From positions 194,992,001-195,056,000 of the forward strand of contig NC_058368.1 of NCBI RefSeq assembly GCF_018350175.1: DNA of 64,000 nucleotides, read 5' to 3'. The notes under the pieces are model-generated. The model was not told the DNA's origin. It was given only the letters and a program-made list of their open reading frames with translations, and made no database searches. This DNA comes from Felis catus. Taxonomy: Eukaryota. The translations under genes and the position numbers were made by a program. This document shows positions 50,290 through 62,769 of the stretch, in pieces. Each line of letters opens with the position of its first letter. Within the stretch, counting starts at the first letter, position 1.

Positions 50290-50402
50290 ATTAGAAGTTA
50301 TTAATAAAGAATACAGAGTATAATAAACACACTCAAGAAACCCATACTCTCTTCAGGTCAACCTGATGCCATCAAAAAAAAAAATTTAGACAAGTAACTT
50401 AC

Positions 50403-50493
50403 CCTCCTGAGGCTCAGTGACAAAGCCACCAAAGACCTCATCTTGGTATCTGAAGATATCATTGTGAACGTAGAACTTATTTGCAACAGAGCC
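50403..50493 (-). CDS. G3BP1: G3BP1 exon 5 (end of NTF2-like domain)
   Basis: 91 bp, ttgcag| to |gtaagt; [30 protein letters not shown]. Confidence 0.97.
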
Positions 50494-50557
50494 CTGCAAT
50501 GCCAACAAAAACTTTTCATTTATTCAGATTTTCACCAAAAGCCAAATCACCCTACAC

Positions 50558-50750
50558 CAATGGTTCTCTACTAAGAGCAATATTGCACCACCCAGACACA
50601 TCTGGCAATGTCTGAAGATACTTCAGTTTTCACATGGGAGAGTGCAACTGAAAGCTATTGCTTGAGTAGAGGGCAGGGATGCTGCTGAACATCCTACAAT
50701 GCACAGAACGGCCAGCCACAACAAAGAATTATCTGGTCCAAAATGTTACT
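50558..50750. mobile_element. MER20-like hAT MITE
   Basis: 'tggcaatgtctgaagata...cagggatgctgctgaacatcctacaatgcacaga...cacaacaaagaattatctggtccaaaatgt'. Confidence 0.8.
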
Positions 50751-51413
50751 AACATATAATGCTCTGCATTATAGCCATTAAAAACTACACTCAAATATAT
50801 TGCTCCCTTAAAATACCACCAGATGGACAGCCAAATACTAGTAAAGTACGTAACATGTCACCACCTCAAATCTGAACAGTAACTACTTTTACCAACTGCA
50901 GCACGTACTTAAAATTCCTTAAATCTGTATCCAAGAATATTTATTGATATAAACACTCAACAGTGCTACAGCTGAAAAGGTCTGCCTAGAAGACCACACC
51001 AGAGTATAAATCCAACTATGTCATTAACTATTCAAGCTCCAACACTGTCTCTTCATCTACATTTAAAAAAAAGGGGGGGGGGGGGATATCACATCTTCTA
51101 TCTACGTAGGAACTTTGGATATTAAATGAGACAGTTCATATAACAATGCATTATACAAGGTAACGTTAGATTCTTCCTCTTTAATAGGAAAAGGAAATTT
51201 AAGCAAACTTAAAATAATTCTTAATCATATCCCATATGACTCTGTATAGTTAGAAATTCATCAAGTTTTATACTACAGATAATCTAAGCCATCCTCTAAA
51301 ACTCATGACTAAAATGAAACACGTTAATTTCTCAAAAAGACAACTGAGTTATTATTCAAACAGTAGGATGACAGGGGTTTTAGATTCATTATTTCTGAAC
51401 AGAAAATTATCTT

Positions 51414-51604
51414 TTATTCATTCATTCATTCATTCATTCATTCATTTATTTATGGGGGACAGAGAGAGAGAAAGAGAATATTCCAAGCAGCCTCCACGCT
51501 GAACGTGGAAGTCCAACACAGGGCTCAAACCCACAAACCATGAGATCATGACCTAAGCCAAAATCAAGAGTCGGAACTTAACCAACTGAGCTACCCAGGC
51601 TCCC
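51414..51604 (-). mobile_element. CAN-SINE
   Basis: TSD TGAACAGAAAA(T/C)TATCTT at 51396-51413 and 51605-51622. Confidence 0.9.
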
Positions 51605-51993
51605 TGAACAGAAAACTATCTTAAGGGTAATGTTAAAGAAAACATCTAATCAGCAGGTCCCTATTGAGCCACTTCCACATGCGTATGCAGATAGGCTTCC
51701 TGACTTTGTTCAGTGTGCACCAGTCAGGAAGACAGTACAAGTGCAAACTCTTCAACATAAACCCGTGGCTCCTTTCATGATAAGCAGGAAAAGAAACAGG
51801 GCTCCCTGAAGAAAACAGCAGATTCTAGAACTGGGGCTGGGGCTGGGGCTAGGACTAGGGCTAGGGCTAGGGCTGGAGCAAGGAGAGTATCAAATGAGCC
51901 TGAAACATCTTGTGCCACAAAAGTTATAAAGTGCTCCCCCTGCCAAAAACAAACAAATAGATAATGGTACTGTAGTTAAGAAAGAGTATTCCT

Positions 51994-52209
51994 GGGGCGC
52001 CTGGGTGGCTCAGTCGGTTAAGCATCCGACTTCAGCTCAGGTCACGAACTCGCGGTCCGGTCCGTGAGTTCGAGCCCCGCGTCGGGCTCTGGGCTGATGG
52101 CTCAGAGCCTGGAGCCTGCTTCCGATTCTGTGTCTCCCTCTCTCTCTGCCCCTCCCCCGTTCATGCTCTGTCTCTCTCTGTCTCAAAAATAAATAAACAA
52201 AAAAAAAAA
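51994..52209 (+). mobile_element. Young SINEC_Fc
   Basis: TSD AAAGAGTATTCCT at 51981-51993 and 52210-52222. Confidence 0.95.
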
Positions 52210-52486
52210 AAAGAGTATTCCTTACGCTTAGGAAAAATGCTCACTGAAGTATCTGAGGATGACTAGGCATGATGTCTCCAACCTACTTATAAATGGTTTT
52301 GAATTAAAATGACAGGTAAATAGAAAAAGCATTACTAATGTACAGGCAAGTGTTGGCAATGGCTCTAGGTAAGGAGTATGTATGAGGTATTGTACTATTA
52401 TTACAACTTTTCTGTAAGCTTGAAATTTCAAAATAAATACTTTCTAAAAAGATTTGTACAACCTTTCGTGGTTTGTTTCTTCATAC

Positions 52487-52660
52487 CTCAGGAGCAAGGA
52501 CAAATGTCTGCATGAATCTCCTCAAAGCCTGGTTGTTATTGGAGAGCAACCCCATCACCTGGACCACCACCCCATCATTCAGAGTGGCATGAGCATCAAC
52601 ATGGCGAATCTTAGTGTGGCAATTGGTAAAGTTTTGTGACATGACTTTCCTATGGATTTC
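52487..52660 (-). CDS. G3BP1: G3BP1 exon 4 (NTF2-like domain)
   Basis: 174 bp, ctttag| to |gtatga; [58 protein letters not shown]. Confidence 0.97.
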
Positions 52661-53118
52661 CTAAAGAATCAAGGGAAGAGTTAATGACTTAAAATTTACA
52701 ATCTCCAACAAAAACAAGTTTTTAATACAAGTAGAGATAATCTGCATGTTTAAATTACAAACTACACAGACCCTAATTTGCCTTAGAACAGGATATCCCC
52801 AGTGACCGCCTTGAGCTTTTTAAAACTGTCCTGAATTGACATACCTAAAAAAGGTTTACAGTAAATGAGAATGATCCCTGTGCTAAAACCAATTACCTCC
52901 TAACAGAAAATTTTCAGAACAAATTATTCAAAATAAGGAAATCTGACACCCTAAGCTTTTCAATGGCTTTACCAAATAGGTACTGAACACCAAAACTGCT
53001 AAAAAGAAATTGAAAAACTTCGTCTTTAAATATCAGCAAATCTGTTACGTATGTACCTGCCTCAATATGGGTTATTTTCTAGCCGTGTAACAGCCTACAC
53101 AAAGCTTGGGATGCTTAC

Positions 53119-53200
53119 TTTCTGTCCATAAACCGCATCTGCTGGCTTTCCATTTGAATCCAATCCCCCGTGGACATAAGAAGAGTTCTTTCCATAAAAT
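53119..53200 (-). CDS. G3BP1: G3BP1 exon 3 (NTF2-like domain)
   Basis: 82 bp, ttacag| to |gtaagc; (R)[27 protein letters not shown]. Confidence 0.97.
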
Positions 53201-53908
53201 CTGTAAAACAGAGAGATAATTTACTTGTCAGGTGCAAGCATCCTAAGCCTTGATATTTATTTTTCATGTTTGGTATCTATTTGCCTCACTGGCAGAATCT
53301 TGGAAACAAGGTGTTTTTCTTTTTCATTTTTGTATACAATCAGAGATCTACTCCCTACATGTCACTCAACATTTGCTGAATAGAAATAGATTTGGTCAAT
53401 GAGGCAGAACACTTTACAAGTCATAAGCTCCAGATTTCAGAGTAGGATGATTGTGTTGGGAAAGATCTTGTAGTTCATGTCAGGAAGGCTACTTAGAATA
53501 AAACAAGTTCCTGTTTTCACTCAAGAAGAAAACAGGCAGCTTTAATACAGATGAGGACATCTACACTATCCCGTAAGCTTACAAAGTCTAAACCTTTTAT
53601 ATCTGAGAATGCATGTGAGGGGATTCCATTAAAAAATCAGTAATTTAACAACAAAAACAAAACCAGTAACTCCTGCAGGTGAGGTTGAAGAGTAATTTTT
53701 AACAATTCTTGCTGATGCATTAAGAGCTTCAGACTTTAATTCCCCATAGCTTGAATTCACCTATACCCTCAATTGCTTTGTTTTTTCATTGTAACACTGG
53801 ATCGGGGGAAAAAAAAATACTGGATCAGAAAAGCCAGATGCAGACACAAAGATACCCCAAAAAGTGCCCCAACCCAGAAATAACTGCTATTAGAATTTCT
53901 TGATAACT

Positions 53909-54320
53909 GGGGCGCCTGGGTGGCTCAGTCAGTTGAGCATCGGACTCTTGATTTCGGCTCAGACCATGATCTCACGGTTCATGGGTTTGAGCCCCACATC
54001 TGCATGGATAGTCTAGGGCTTCCTTGGGATTTCTCTCTCTGCCCTTCCCCTGCTCACTCGCATCTTCTTTCTCAAAATAAATAAACTTAAAAAAAAAAAA
54101 AAAAAAAAGAATTTCAGGGCGCCTGGGTGGCTCAGTCAGTTAAGCATCTGACTCTTGATCTCTGCTCAGTCAGATCTCACAATTCTTGCGTTTGAGCCCC
54201 CATCGGGCTCTGCACTGATGGTACCAAGCCTGCTTGGGATTCTGTCTTTCTCTGCCCCTCCCCTGCTTGTGCTTTCTCTCTCAAAATTAATAAATATTAA
54301 AAAAATTTTTTTCAAATTAA
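53909..54320 (+). mobile_element. Two tandem CAN-SINEs (53909-54108 and 54116-54320)
   Basis: Two heads and two tails; AGAATTTC occurs before, between and after them. Confidence 0.9.
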
Positions 54321-54492
54321 AAAGAATTTCTTGCTACCTATACTACCTACAGATATGCAATTTGTCACAAATGAACCCATACATATCATTCTACATCCTG
54401 ATTCTGTCCCTCTCTGGCCCCTCAAATAGGACAGTTTTGGGCCCACAGGTACCCTAAGTCTACCCTGCAAATTTTAAAGTTATTAAAAGGCT

Positions 54493-54730
54493 GGGGCGCC
54501 TGGGTGGCGCAGTCGGTTAAGCGTCCGACTTCAGCCAGGTCACGATCTCGCGGTCCGTGAGTTCAAGCCCCGCGTCAGGCTCTGGGCTGATGGCTCAGAG
54601 CCTGGAGCCTGTTTCCGATTCTGTGTCTCCCTCTCTCTCTGCCCCTCCCCCGTTCATGCTCTGTCTCTCTCTGTCCCAAAAAAAATAAATAAACGTTGAA
54701 AAAAAAAATTAAAAAAAAAAATAATAAAAA
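54493..54730 (+). mobile_element. Young SINEC_Fc with 18-bp TSD
   Basis: TSD TAAAGTTATTAAAAGGCT at 54475-54492 and 54731-54748. Confidence 0.96.
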
Positions 54731-54798
54731 TAAAGTTATTAAAAGGCTACACATCTGCCAGTGCATCAGTTCAATGCTGGCTAATCCACTTTTCATTA

Positions 54799-56842
54799 CA
54801 GGTAAACATCAGAGATATCAGAGTTTGGTTCCAGATCAGTGCAATAAAGAGAATATTGCAATAAATGGAGTCAAATAGGCTTTTTGGTTTTCCAGTGCAT
54901 ATAAAAATTATGTTTACACTACACCTTTGTCTATTAAACGTGCAACAGTATTTCTACTACAATGTAAGCAATGTAAGCAATGTACATACCTTAATTAAAA
55001 AACACTTTGTTGCTTAAAAAAAAAAATGCTAACCATCATCTGCACTTTCAGGGAGTCCTAATCTGTCTATTGGTGGAGGGTCTTGCCTCGATGGATGGCT
55101 GCTGACCAGGGTGGTGGTTGCAGAAAACTGGGGTGGCTGTGCCAATTTCTTCAAGTTAAGACAACAATGAAGTTTCTTCCACCAATTAACTTTTCCTTTC
55201 ACTAAGGACTTTCTGTAGTGTGTGATACTGTTTGACAGCATTTTACCCACAGTGGAACTACTTTCGAAATTGGAGTCAATCCTCTCAAATCCTGAGAGCC
55301 ACTGCTTCATCAACTCAAGTCTATGTAATATTCTTTTTTGTTGTTACTCCCAACAATCTTCACAGCATCTTCAGCAGTAGATTCCATCTTAAAAAAAAAA
55401 AACACTTCTGGGGCGCCTGGGTGGCTCAGTCAGTTAAGCGTCCGACTTCAGCCCAGGTCATGATCTCACAGCTGGTGAGTTCAAGCCCCACATCGGGCTC
55501 TGTGCTGACAGCTCAGAACCTGGAGCCTGCTTCGGGTTCTGTGTCTCCTCCTCTCTCTGCCCCCCCCCCCCCACTCATGCTCTATCTCTCAATAATGAAT
55601 AAACATAAAAAAATTTTTTTAATTAAAACATTTTAAAAAACACTATCTTTGCTCATCTTTAAGAAGCAACTCCTTATCTGTTAACATTTTATCATGAGAC
55701 TGCAGCAACTCAGTCACATCTTCAGCCTCCACTTCTAATTCTAGTTCTCTTTATATTTCCACCACACCTGCAGTGACTTCCTCCTCTGAAGTCCTGAACC
55801 CCTCAAAGTCATCCACGAGGGCTGGGATCTTCTTCTCAACTCCTGTTCATCTTGATATTTTGACATCTTCCCATGAATCACGTCCAGTATAAAGCTGTTT
55901 CATCTACACTGAAAATCTATTATTGTCACCACCTACCTTATCTAGATTTTCTGGATGGCTTGCTGCAGCTTCTACATCAGCACTTGCTGCTTCACCTTGT
56001 ACTTTGATGTTACGGAAACAGCTTCTTCCCTGAAACCTCATCAACTAACTTGTACTAGCTTCAAACTCTTCTTCTGTGGTTTCCTCACCTCTCTCAGCTT
56101 TCATAGAATTGAAGAGTTAGGTCCTTACTCTGATCAGGCTTTGGATTAAAGGAATGTTGTGGCTTATTTGACCTTCCATCCCACTACTCAAAGTTCCTCA
56201 TATCCACAATAAGGCTGCTCTGCTTTCTTATCATGCATGTGTTCACTGGAGTAGCACTTTTCATTTCAAAAACGTTTCCTTTTTACTCACAATTTAGCTA
56301 ATAGGCCAAGAGGCCTAGCTTTTGGCCTATCTCAGCTTTCAACATTCCCTACCAAGCTACTTATGGCTTTTGATGTGAAGGGACAGACAAGTGACTCTTC
56401 CTTCCACTTAATACCTAATTAAAGCCATTGTAGGGTTAAGTTAACTGGCCTAATTTGAATACCACTAAGTCTCAGAGAATAGAAGGCCCAAAAAGAGGGA
56501 GAGAGATGGGGAACGAGTCAGTGTAAGAGTCAGAAGACATACAACATTTATTGAACATTAAGTTCATGGTCTTACATGTGTAGGCATATGCCATAAAACA
56601 ATTATAATAGTACCAACAAAGGTCACTGATCACAGATTACCATTAAAAAATATAATAATGAAAAAGTTTGAAATATTGTGAGAATTAGCAAAATGTTGAC
56701 AAAGACACAAAATGAGCAAATACTGGAAAAATGGCACCAATAAACTTACTAGACTGAAGATTGCCACAAACGTATAACTGCCAAAAAACACAGTATTTGC
56801 AAAGCACCATAAAGTGAAACACAATAAAATGAGATACGCTTG
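54799..56842 (-). mobile_element. Tigger1 (Tc1/mariner-pogo) DNA transposon, decayed and internally deleted
   Basis: Both termini are recognisable (TA|caggtaaacatcagagatat ... cacaataaaatgagatacgcttg|TA). ORF 55029-55313(-) gives a transposase C-terminal-like peptide, GFERIDSNFESSSTVGKMLSNSI...QPPQFSATTTLVS. Confidence 0.9.
55410..55634 (+). mobile_element. SINEC_Fc nested in Tigger1
   Basis: Typical SINE flanked by AAAAAACACT. Confidence 0.93.
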
Positions 56843-56943
56843 TATGTATGTTGTACTTCAAAATAAAATGTGAAAAAAAAAAAGGTCTTGAGTCAATAAA
56901 TGTATCGACAAGGACTATATTAATTTCACTTAGTTCTCCTAAG

Positions 56944-57114
56944 TTTTATGTATTAATTTGAGAGAGTGAGAGCAAGCAAGAGCAGGGGAGAGGCAGACAG
57001 GGAGAGCAAAAAATCCCAAACAGGCTCCCCGCTGACACTGATGAACTGTGAGATCGTGACCTGAGCTGAAATCAAGAGTAGGATGCTTAACTGACTGAGC
57101 CACCCAGGCACCCC
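56944..57114 (-). mobile_element. CAN-SINE
   Basis: Reverse head 'ctgagccacccaggcacccc'. Confidence 0.87.
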
Positions 57115-57250
57115 TTGCTCCTTTTCAAAGTCCAAAGTTACCTAATCTCTGAGGACATAGAAACAAATTTTGACATAAAACACAAAAAGAAAAAAGGGAA
57201 AAAAAACATGTGAAAACCTGTTCAATCACTTGAGTCATGTCAACACCAGA

Positions 57251-57284
57251 TTTGTTTTTAATTTTCTATTTTTTTGAGAGAGAG

Positions 57285-57346
<62 letters not shown>

Positions 57347-57502
57347 AGGGGGAGGGGCAGAGAGAGGAGATACACAATCTGTGAAGCAGGCTCCAGGCTC
57401 TGAGTTGTCAGCACAGGGCCTGACGCTGGCCTGGAACTCATGAACCACAAGATCATGACCTGAGCCAAAGGTGCTTAACCGAATGAGCCACCCAGGCACC
57501 CC
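57251..57502 (-). mobile_element. SINEC_Fc with an expanded (GA)n tract
   Basis: Reverse SINE; TSD AACACCAG at 57242-57249 and 57503-57510. Confidence 0.9.
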
Positions 57503-58516
57503 AACACCAGCAAATTTTTAACAGCTTACATCCTTACCTGCAAAATAAAGTTAACTACCTAATAATGTCTTACTAAAAGGTTTTAGTAAAGATCAATAGG
57601 AAACAGGTGAAAGCAGAAAATTGTAAACTCTCAAAAATATATATATTTTCCATTTTCACAACAAGGACTCAAATTTATAAATTTTCTTTTTCACCCAATA
57701 AGGACGTGATATCCAATATGCAAGCTGGTCAAAGTAACGAGGGAAATAGTCTGGTCCAGCAAACACACATTTTGGCATCTCTAAGAAATTATTCTAACAA
57801 GTCTATAAATCAACCTGTATATTTATAGCTTTGTATAATGCTGGACTGTTTGTAAGAAGAAATAATGGAAGCAACCAACAAATTCACCACCGGGGATTAA
57901 AAGATGCTATATATCTCTATAAAATAAAAAATACGTGAATACTAAAATTAATATGATACATGTACTACCCTTATGAGATGACCCCAAATTATCAAGTGAA
58001 AAAACTAAGACAGTATGTTAAAAATGTTTGCATATACAAAGAAAAATTGTAAACATGGTTTTACTAGAGCTTTTTGTGTTTATTTCATAAACTGTTAATT
58101 TACAAGCCTATACCACATTTCCAAGTTACCCTAATTTTTAAAAGCACATGGACACAAAAATGTTACTGTAGGAATAGTCTTCAATACATTCTTACAAAAT
58201 ATTCATGATTCACCAAAAAACACCATAAAAACAGAAACAAAAGCATAAATACCATATTTTTACATTTTCAGCCATGATTTTTCTGATAACGTGTAAGTTT
58301 AGGTGACTTAGTCTAATTTCTTTATACTTGTATATTCTACTTAAAAATTTAATTTTAATAGCCATCATTTATTGGCTCTTATGTACAAAGCACATATATA
58401 TGCAACAAGTCTACAAAGTGCATGACAAGAGACTCTAAGGATAAGTAGCTACATACTAAAAAACATTAGACCATGCATCGTTAAAAAAAAAAAAACAAAA
58501 AAACCAAAAAGCTTTA

Positions 58517-58666
<150 letters not shown>

Positions 58667-58930
58667 TCAAGTACACAGGGGAAAAATGGCAGGGGAAAAA
58701 ACTGAATTATTTAGCTAAAACCAACTCAAAGACAAGACACTTTAGCAATTCTTGGTTTTAAAAAATAAGCATAAGAATAAAACCCCCACAGACCAGGTTA
58801 GATTTTTATCCAAGTTTATTGTAATCTGATGAATTCATTATTATTCTCAAAAATTAATTTCTTTAAAATGATTATAAGAACTTCAAAGGTACATATTTCC
58901 AGCATGTACCTTATCATAATTTCTCTGAAT

Positions 58931-59255
58931 TTTTTTTAATGTTTATTTTTGATGTTTTGAGAGAGAGACAAAGTGCAAGTGGGATAGAGGCAGAGAGAGG
59001 GAGACACAGAATCCGAAGCAGGCTCCAGGCTCTGAGTTGTCAGAGCCTGATGAATTAATGTTTATTTCTGAGAGAGAGACAGACAGAGTGTGAGCAGAGG
59101 AGGGGCAGTGAGACAGGGAGACCTAGAACTCAAACTGGGCTCCAGGCTCCACGCGGTAAGCACAGAGCCTGACGCAGGGCTCGAACTCACGAACTGTGAG
59201 ATCATGACCTGAGCCAAAGTCGGACCCTTAACCGACTGAGCCACCCAGGCACCCC
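58931..59255 (-). mobile_element. Two tandem CAN-SINEs (one partial)
   Basis: Two reverse tails/bodies (58931-59050 and 59055-59255); flanking TCTCT(G/A)AATTT. Confidence 0.87.
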
Positions 59256-59865
59256 TCTCTAAATTTCTAAACCCAATTAAGAGTGTTCCACTTCTAAGAT
59301 TACAAGCACATTCTTATTTGTTGCAATACTAGATTCAAGGGTGATAAATATAGCTCTGACATACAGGAGGCACATGTGATCACATTTTTAGTCAGTATCA
59401 GGGAAAACTTCTAATATCTTTAAGAGAAACCATAAAAATCTAAAAATGCTATGCTTAGTTCATTTCTTGATGAAACCAAATATAATCTGAAAAAGGGTGA
59501 GCTAACAAAATGTTTTTTTTACTCAAAAAAATTATCTACCACCTCAAAGTCCTCACAATGACAAAGTTAGTATCTTTTGAGTATTAAGAAAGGCAGCAAA
59601 CACTAAGTCCTCAATTATTATTATCAAAATAAAACTTTTTGGGAAAAATATCTGGTAGGAGATAATCCAACTTTTCATTTGAGGAATAAAATCATCCTCA
59701 AATTAAACATACAGGCAAACACATACGTACAGATCAATTACAGTAAAAAAGGCAAGACATTTTATTTCAGTTTTCTCAAAGGACAGGCAAAACAATTTGA
59801 TTGGTTAATTCCTGAACAATTTGTGGACATATGTTTATCTTCATCTAGTGCATCTGCCATTATCC

Positions 59866-60084
59866 TTTTATCTTAAAAAGTTTGAGAGAGAGAGCGCGCG
59901 TGCACGCGAGAGCGAGCATGCGCACGTGGGCACACGAGCAGGGAAGGGGCAGAGAGAGAATCCGAAGCAGGTTCCAAAGCTGTCTACACAGAGCTGGGCA
60001 TGGGGCTCGAACTCGCAGAATGTGAGATCATGAACTGAGCCGAAACCTAGAGCCAGACACTCAACTCAGTCACACAGGCACCCC
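59866..60084 (-). mobile_element. CAN-SINE
   Basis: Reverse SINE ending 'caggcacccc'. Confidence 0.85.
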
Positions 60085-60541
60085 TGCGTTATTCTTGAAT
60101 ATCTGTCCAATTTACTACCTGTTTCACTGAAACCTAAGAAATTAGTTCAAGGCCAGTCCACATTTTCCCCAGATTACAGGCACTAGATCAATACAGAATA
60201 CCTTCCTAGTCATACTGGAGAGTAGTTTACCTGTAGGCATGGTTACTAGAGTATCAGTAAAAAGAATTTGGATCCTGGGTCTTAAACAAATAGACTAAAC
60301 CAGAATGAGAAATTGCTGTAATTTTCCCTGGATCATAGTCAAACAAAAAAAAAAAGAAAAAAAAAAAGAAGAAGATAATTTCAGATGTTCTTACTGATCC
60401 TAAATTCTTCAGAACTTCAAAGTTACAGTTGGACGTGAGATCACGTCATATAACTTGTGGTTTTCAAGTTTTAAGATTTCCCATTACTATGGTACTATTA
60501 CTATGATCTGATGTAAACCAGATCAACTACACTTAAAAAAA

Positions 60542-60745
60542 TTTTTTTTAAATGTTTTTATTTCTTTTTGAGACAGAGACAGAGAGGAGAGAGACAGAGT
60601 GAGAGGGAGACACAGAATCCAAAGCAGGCTCCAGGCTCTGAGCTGTCAGCATAGAGCCCAACGCGGGGGCTTGAACTCATGAGCTGTGAGACCATGACCT
60701 GAGCTGAAGTCAGATGCTTATCTGACTGAGCCACCCAAGCACCCT
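60542..60745 (-). mobile_element. SINEC_Fc
   Basis: 'gcaggctccaggctctgagctgtcagc...ctgagccacccaagcaccc'. Confidence 0.9.
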
Positions 60746-62037
60746 TCCACCTGAATTTTTAATGGAAGGGCTTACTCTAGGCAAAGTCAAAAGAGCAAAA
60801 TATCTTATGATCTGCGTAAGAATGCATATGGAACTCTCATACAAATCACTAAAATAAAGAATAACCCAAGAGAAAAACAGGCAAAGGAAATGGAAGACCC
60901 AATTCTCAGGAAAGTAAATGGGCAAGAAATGATAAACTAAGTAACCAATAAAATGCAAACTAAAACCTATCACTTCTCACAGAAGATCCCCTGAAATATT
61001 AAAATATCAGTCAATGTTCAACACTGTCAAGAAGTTGGGAAAAGAGAACCGGCAAAGCTGAAGAAATGCCAACTGCTGCCACCACAGTGGAGAAGTTATC
61101 TAATAAAATCAACAATGCTCCAATGAATCCAGCAATCTTTTCTAGACACATACACAAGAGAAACACCCATAGGCACAAGAGATAAAGCGAGAAATTAACT
61201 GCCACCCTATTTCTGAAACATAACACAAATAACCTATGCTATCTGTCAAACAGGAAATGGATTAGGGTGCAGTTTATACAGATCATTTAAACACTGTATC
61301 TAAGATAATCACATGGGGCACTGACAAGATTGAAAAGCAGCACTATTTATAATTATGCCAGGTTAACTGGAGTGAATTAGGGCTGTCCCTAGGAAACCAA
61401 GACATAAAGTCATCCTATTTATAGTGGTCAAAGTCAGCATGAAATAGATCTCAAAAACAATGTTAAAATGAAAAGTCAGTTGCTGAGTACGTACTGTATA
61501 ATAGCTTTTAAACTTTTAAAAGTGTTTTTAGTATACACAAAACATTAGATATTGTTCATAGTACTTTTCTACTTATGAAAAGCTTTATTAACATTATGCT
61601 GTCATATACAGTACACAATAAATACTTTAGTCCTAACTTTGAAGTATTTGTTACTTCCATTTGATCAGATTTTCTTCTTTTAATATTTAAGGCCTAAAAA
61701 TTAGCCTGATACATGGAGTATCCCAGCAGAAATTCCATTTGGACAAGAAAACCATTCAAATTATTCTGCTTATATGTAAAAATCTTACTATATGTCATCA
61801 ACTGTGATACTTAGTTTATGTAAACAGATGCTTCTACTTGGTAGAATTAATTTTAAAAATACACCCATAGGAGCATAACTGATTATCTAATTTATGCTTT
61901 AAACTATAGTTTGACTGCAAATGAGGTACTTTGGAATAACTTCATCACCTATGATAACTCTTACTCCAATCTACCCTTTTGGTTTCCTTCACCTGTTTTT
62001 GTTTTTATCATGGTTTGTATTCTGCAGCCATTTCCAG

Positions 62038-62629
62038 TTTTTTTCTTCCAAGATTTAATTTAAATTCAAGTTAGTTAACATGTAGTATAGCATTAGTTTC
62101 AGAAGTGTATTTTCATGATTCATCACTTACATAACACCCAGTACTCATCCCAACAAGTGCCCTCCTTAATGCCCATCACCCATTTAGACCATCCCCCACC
62201 CACCTCCCTCCATCAATCCTCAGTTTGTTCTCTATAGTTAAAAGTCTCTTAGGGTTTGCTTCCCTCTGCTTTCATCTTATTTTTCCTTCCCCTATGTTCA
62301 TCTGTTTTGTTTCTTAAATTTCACATTTGAACGAAATCATACGATATTTGTCTTTGACTGACTTATTTCACTCAGAATAAGGGAAAGAGCCAGGGTACGT
62401 GGGTGGCTCAGCTGGTTAAGCTGCTTGTGGGGCCTGCACTGAGCGTGGAGCCTGCTTAGCATTCTCTCCCTCCCTCTCCCTCTGCCCTTCCCTTACTTGT
62501 GTGGGCACACACACGCTCTCTCAAAAAATATATACAATAAACTTTTTCAAAATAAAATAAAAATTAAAAAAATTATGGAAAGAGCCCAAATGTCCATCGA
62601 CTAATGAATGGATAAGGATGTGGTGTGTG

Positions 62630-62684
<55 letters not shown>

Positions 62685-62752
62685 GAACATTATCAGCCAT
62701 CAAAAGGAATGAAATCTTGCCATTTGCAAGGACATGGAAAGAATAGAGCATT
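62038..62752 (-). mobile_element. Carnivore L1 3' end with an inverted 5' segment, interrupted by a SINE (62392-62570) and (CA)n
   Basis: 62038-62380 aligns by eye in reverse to ~616-880 of the L1 at the start of the window; 62571-62750 aligns forward to ~476-615 of it. Confidence 0.8.
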
Positions 62753-62769
62753 GGTATATTTATTTTTAA

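Noticed and set aside
55029..55313. Transposase-like ORF as a possible domesticated TIGD gene
   Set aside because: Short remnant of a decayed, SINE-interrupted, internally deleted Tigger1.
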